From positions 1 through 64,000 of the forward strand of contig NIVC01004022.1 of NCBI GenBank assembly GCA_002269645.1: a DNA stretch of 64,000 nucleotides. Direction: 5' to 3'. This document shows positions 61,201-64,000 of the stretch, one piece after another. The notes beneath the pieces were generated by a model, which was given only the letters and a program-made list of their open reading frames with translations, searched no databases and was not told where the DNA came from. Numbering within the stretch: the stretch's first letter is position 1; each line of letters opens with the position of its first letter. The position numbers and the translations under genes were made by a program. This stretch comes from Macrostomum lignano (lineage: Eukaryota).

Positions 61201-64000
61201 AATGTACTGAGCAGGGGGGACTTGGGAGTCTGTAAGTTCGAGTAGGGAACAGATGGAGCCTTGGCGTCTTGTAGGCTTCTAGATTGATAATGTTTCCTTC
61301 CAGATCTCAGTTTTCAGCTTCGTACTCACAATGGTTCCTGTCGAAGTACACTAAAGTACTTTCTGCATATGTACTGAGCAGGGGGGACTTGGGAGTCTGT
61401 AAGTTCGAGTAGGGAACAGATGGAGCCTTGGCGTCTTGTAGGCTTCTAGATTGATAATGTTTCCTTCCAGATCTCAGTTTTCAGCTTCGTACTCACAATG
61501 GTTCTGTCGAAGTACACTAAAGTACTTTCTGCATATGTACTGAGCAGGGGGGACTTGGGAGTCTGTAAGTTCGAGTAGGGAACAGATGGAGCCTTGGCGT
61601 CTTGTAGGCTTCTAGATTGATAATGTTTCCTTCCAGATCTCAGTTTTCAGCTTCGTACTCACAATGGTTCCTGTCGAAGTACACTAAAGTACTTTCTGCA
61701 TATTAATGTACTGAGCAGGGGGGACTTGGGAGTCTGTAAGTTCGAGTAGGGAACAGATGGAGCCTTGGCGTCTTGTAGGCTTCTAGATTGATAATGTTTC
61801 CTTCCAGATCTCAGTTTTCAGCTTCGTACTCACAATGGTTCTTGTCGAAGTACACTAAAGTACTTTCTGCATATTAATGTACTGAGCAGGGGGACTTGGG
61901 AGTCTGTAAGTTCGAGTAGGGAACAGATGGAGCCTTGGCGTCTTGTAGGCTTCTAGATTGATAATGTTTCCTTCCAGATCTCAGTTTTCAGCTTCGTACT
62001 CACAATGGTTCTGTCGAAGTACACTAAAGTACTTTCTGCATATTAATGTACTGAGCAGGGGGGACTTGGGAGTCTGTAAGTTCGAGTAGGGAACAGATGG
62101 AGCCTTGGCGTCTTGTAGGCTTCTAGATTGATAATGTTTCCTTCCAGATCTCAGTTTTCAGCTTCGTACTCACAATGGTTCTTGTCGAAGTACACTAAAG
62201 TACTTTCTGCATATGTACTGAGCAGGGGGGACTTGGGAGTCTGTAAGTTCGAGTAGGGAACAGATGGAGCCTTGGCGTCTTGTAGGCTTCTAGATTGATA
62301 ATGTTTCCTTCCAGATCTCAGTTTTCAGCTTCGTACTCACAATGGTTCTGTCGAAGTACACTAAAGTACTTTCTGCATATTAATGTACTGAGCAGGGGGA
62401 CTTGGGAGTCTGTAAGTTCGAGTAGGGAACAGATGGAGCCTTGGCGTCTTGTAGGCTTCTAGATTGATAATGTTTCCTTCCAGATCTCAGTTTTCAGCTT
62501 CGTACTCACAATGGTTCTTGTCGAAGTACACTAAAGTACTTTCTGCATATTAATGTACTGAGCAGGGGGACTTGGGAGTCTGTAAGTTCGAGTAGGGAAC
62601 AGATGGAGCCTTGGCGTCTTGTAGGCTTCTAGATTGATAATGTTTCCTTCCAGATCTCAGTTTTCAGCTTCGTACTCACAATGGTTCTTGTCGAAGTACA
62701 CTAAAGTACTTTCTGCATATTAATGTACTGAGCAGGGGGGACTTGGGAGTCTGTAAGTTCGAGTAGGGAACAGATGGAGCCTTGGCGTCTTGTAGGCTTC
62801 TAGATTGATAATGTTTCCTTCCAGATCTCAGTTTTCAGCTTCGTACTCACAATGGTTCTTGCGAAGTACACTAAAGTACTTTCTGCATATTAATGTACTG
62901 AGCAGGGGGGACTTGGGAGTCTGTAAGTTCGAGTAGGGAACAGATGGAGCCTTGGCGTCTTGTAGGCTTCTAGATTGATAATGTTTCCTTCCAGATCTCA
63001 GTTTTCAGCTTCGTACTCACAATGGTTCTGCGAAGTACACTAAAGTACTTTCTGCATATTAATGTACTGAGCAGGGGGGACTTGGGAGTCTGTAAGTTCG
63101 AGTAGGGAACAGATGGAGCCTTGGCGTCTTGTAGGCTTCTAGATTGATAATGTTTCCTTCCAGATCTCAGTTTTCAGCTTCGTACTCACAATGGTTCTTG
63201 TCGAAGTACACTAAAGTACTTTCTGCATGAGTTGTACTGAGCAGGGGGACTTGGGAGTCTGTAAGTTCGAGTAGGGAACAGATGGAGCCTTGGCGTCTTG
63301 TAGGCTTCTAGATTGATAATGTTTCCTTCCAGATCTCAGTTTTCAGCTTCGTACTCACAATGGTTCTGCGAAGTACACTAAAGTACTTTCTGCATATTAA
63401 TGTACTGAGCAGGGGGACTTGGGAGTCTGTAAGTTCGAGTAGGGAACAGATGGAGCCTTGGCGTCTTGTAGGCTTCTAGATTGATAATGTTTCCTTCCAG
63501 ATCTCAGTTTTCAGCTTCGTACTCACAATGGTTCTTGTCGAAGTACACTAAAGTACTTTCTGCATATTAATGTACTGAGCAGGGGGGACTTGGGAGTCTG
63601 TAAGTTCGAGTAGGGAACAGATGGAGCCTTGGCGTCTTGTAGGCTTCTAGATTGATAATGTTTCCTTCCAGATCTCAGTTTTCAGCTTCGTACTCACAAT
63701 GGTTCTGTCGAAGTACACTAAAGTACTTTCTGCATATTAATGTACTGAGCAGGGGGGACTTGGGAGTCTGTAAGTTCGAGTAGGGAACAGATGGAGCCTT
63801 GGCGTCTTGTAGGCTTCTAGATTGATAATGTTTCCTTCCAGATCTCAGTTTTCAGCTTCGTACTCACAATGGTTCTTGTCGAAGTACACTAAAGTACTTT
63901 CTGCATATTAATGTACTGAGCAGGGGGGACTTGGGAGTCTGTAAGTTCGAGTAGGGAACAGATGGAGCCTTGGCGTCTTGTAGGCTTCTAGATTGATAAT
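40272..64000 (-). repeat. Satellite array, right arm: at least ~139 copies of the same monomer in reverse complement, running off the window
   Basis: Begins abruptly at AAAGTACTTT (40272); exact reverse complement of the left-arm monomer with the same variant pool. Confidence 0.99.

Larger units (their letters stand above)
8020..64000 (+). mobile_element. Putative giant Foldback-type Mutator-like element (satellite arms as TIRs); right end outside window, left end possibly ~7.64 kb
   Basis: Two arrays of one monomer in inverted, convergent orientation flank a MULE transposase gene, the same topology as FB-NOF. No TSD or outer right end is visible, so this is an inference. Confidence 0.5.

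Overview
Eukaryotic, probably invertebrate metazoan, repeat-rich DNA with no prokaryotic gene organisation, rRNA, tRNA or CRISPR; the host taxon cannot be fixed from the sequence. Two arrays of one 170/171-bp tandem repeat dominate: ~8,020-29,934 (about 128 monomers, + orientation) and 40,272 to the window end (at least ~139 monomers, reverse complement). They converge on a 10.3-kb island. The island holds (i) a long Gly/Ala/Arg then Asp/Ser/Gly repeat ORF with a signal-peptide-like start, (ii) a Mutator-superfamily (MULE, NOF/Phantom-like) DDE transposase fused to an Ulp1/C48 protease and a PHD finger, split by one frameshift, and (iii) a decayed, truncated DIRS/Ngaro-type retrotransposon. 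The leading hypothesis (inference) is a giant Foldback-type MULE of at least 56 kb whose terminal inverted repeats have expanded into >20-kb satellite arms. The main alternative is a satellite inversion with a TE island at the breakpoint. The first 8 kb is TE debris: a LINE RT pseudogene, a Penelope-like GIY-YIG fragment with a degenerate hammerhead motif, and two inverted, diverged copies of a ~1.5-kb module with a conserved promoter-like region and a 160-nt intron. Boundaries and identities were judged by eye, and homopolymer indels and extreme array homogeneity may partly be assembly artefacts.
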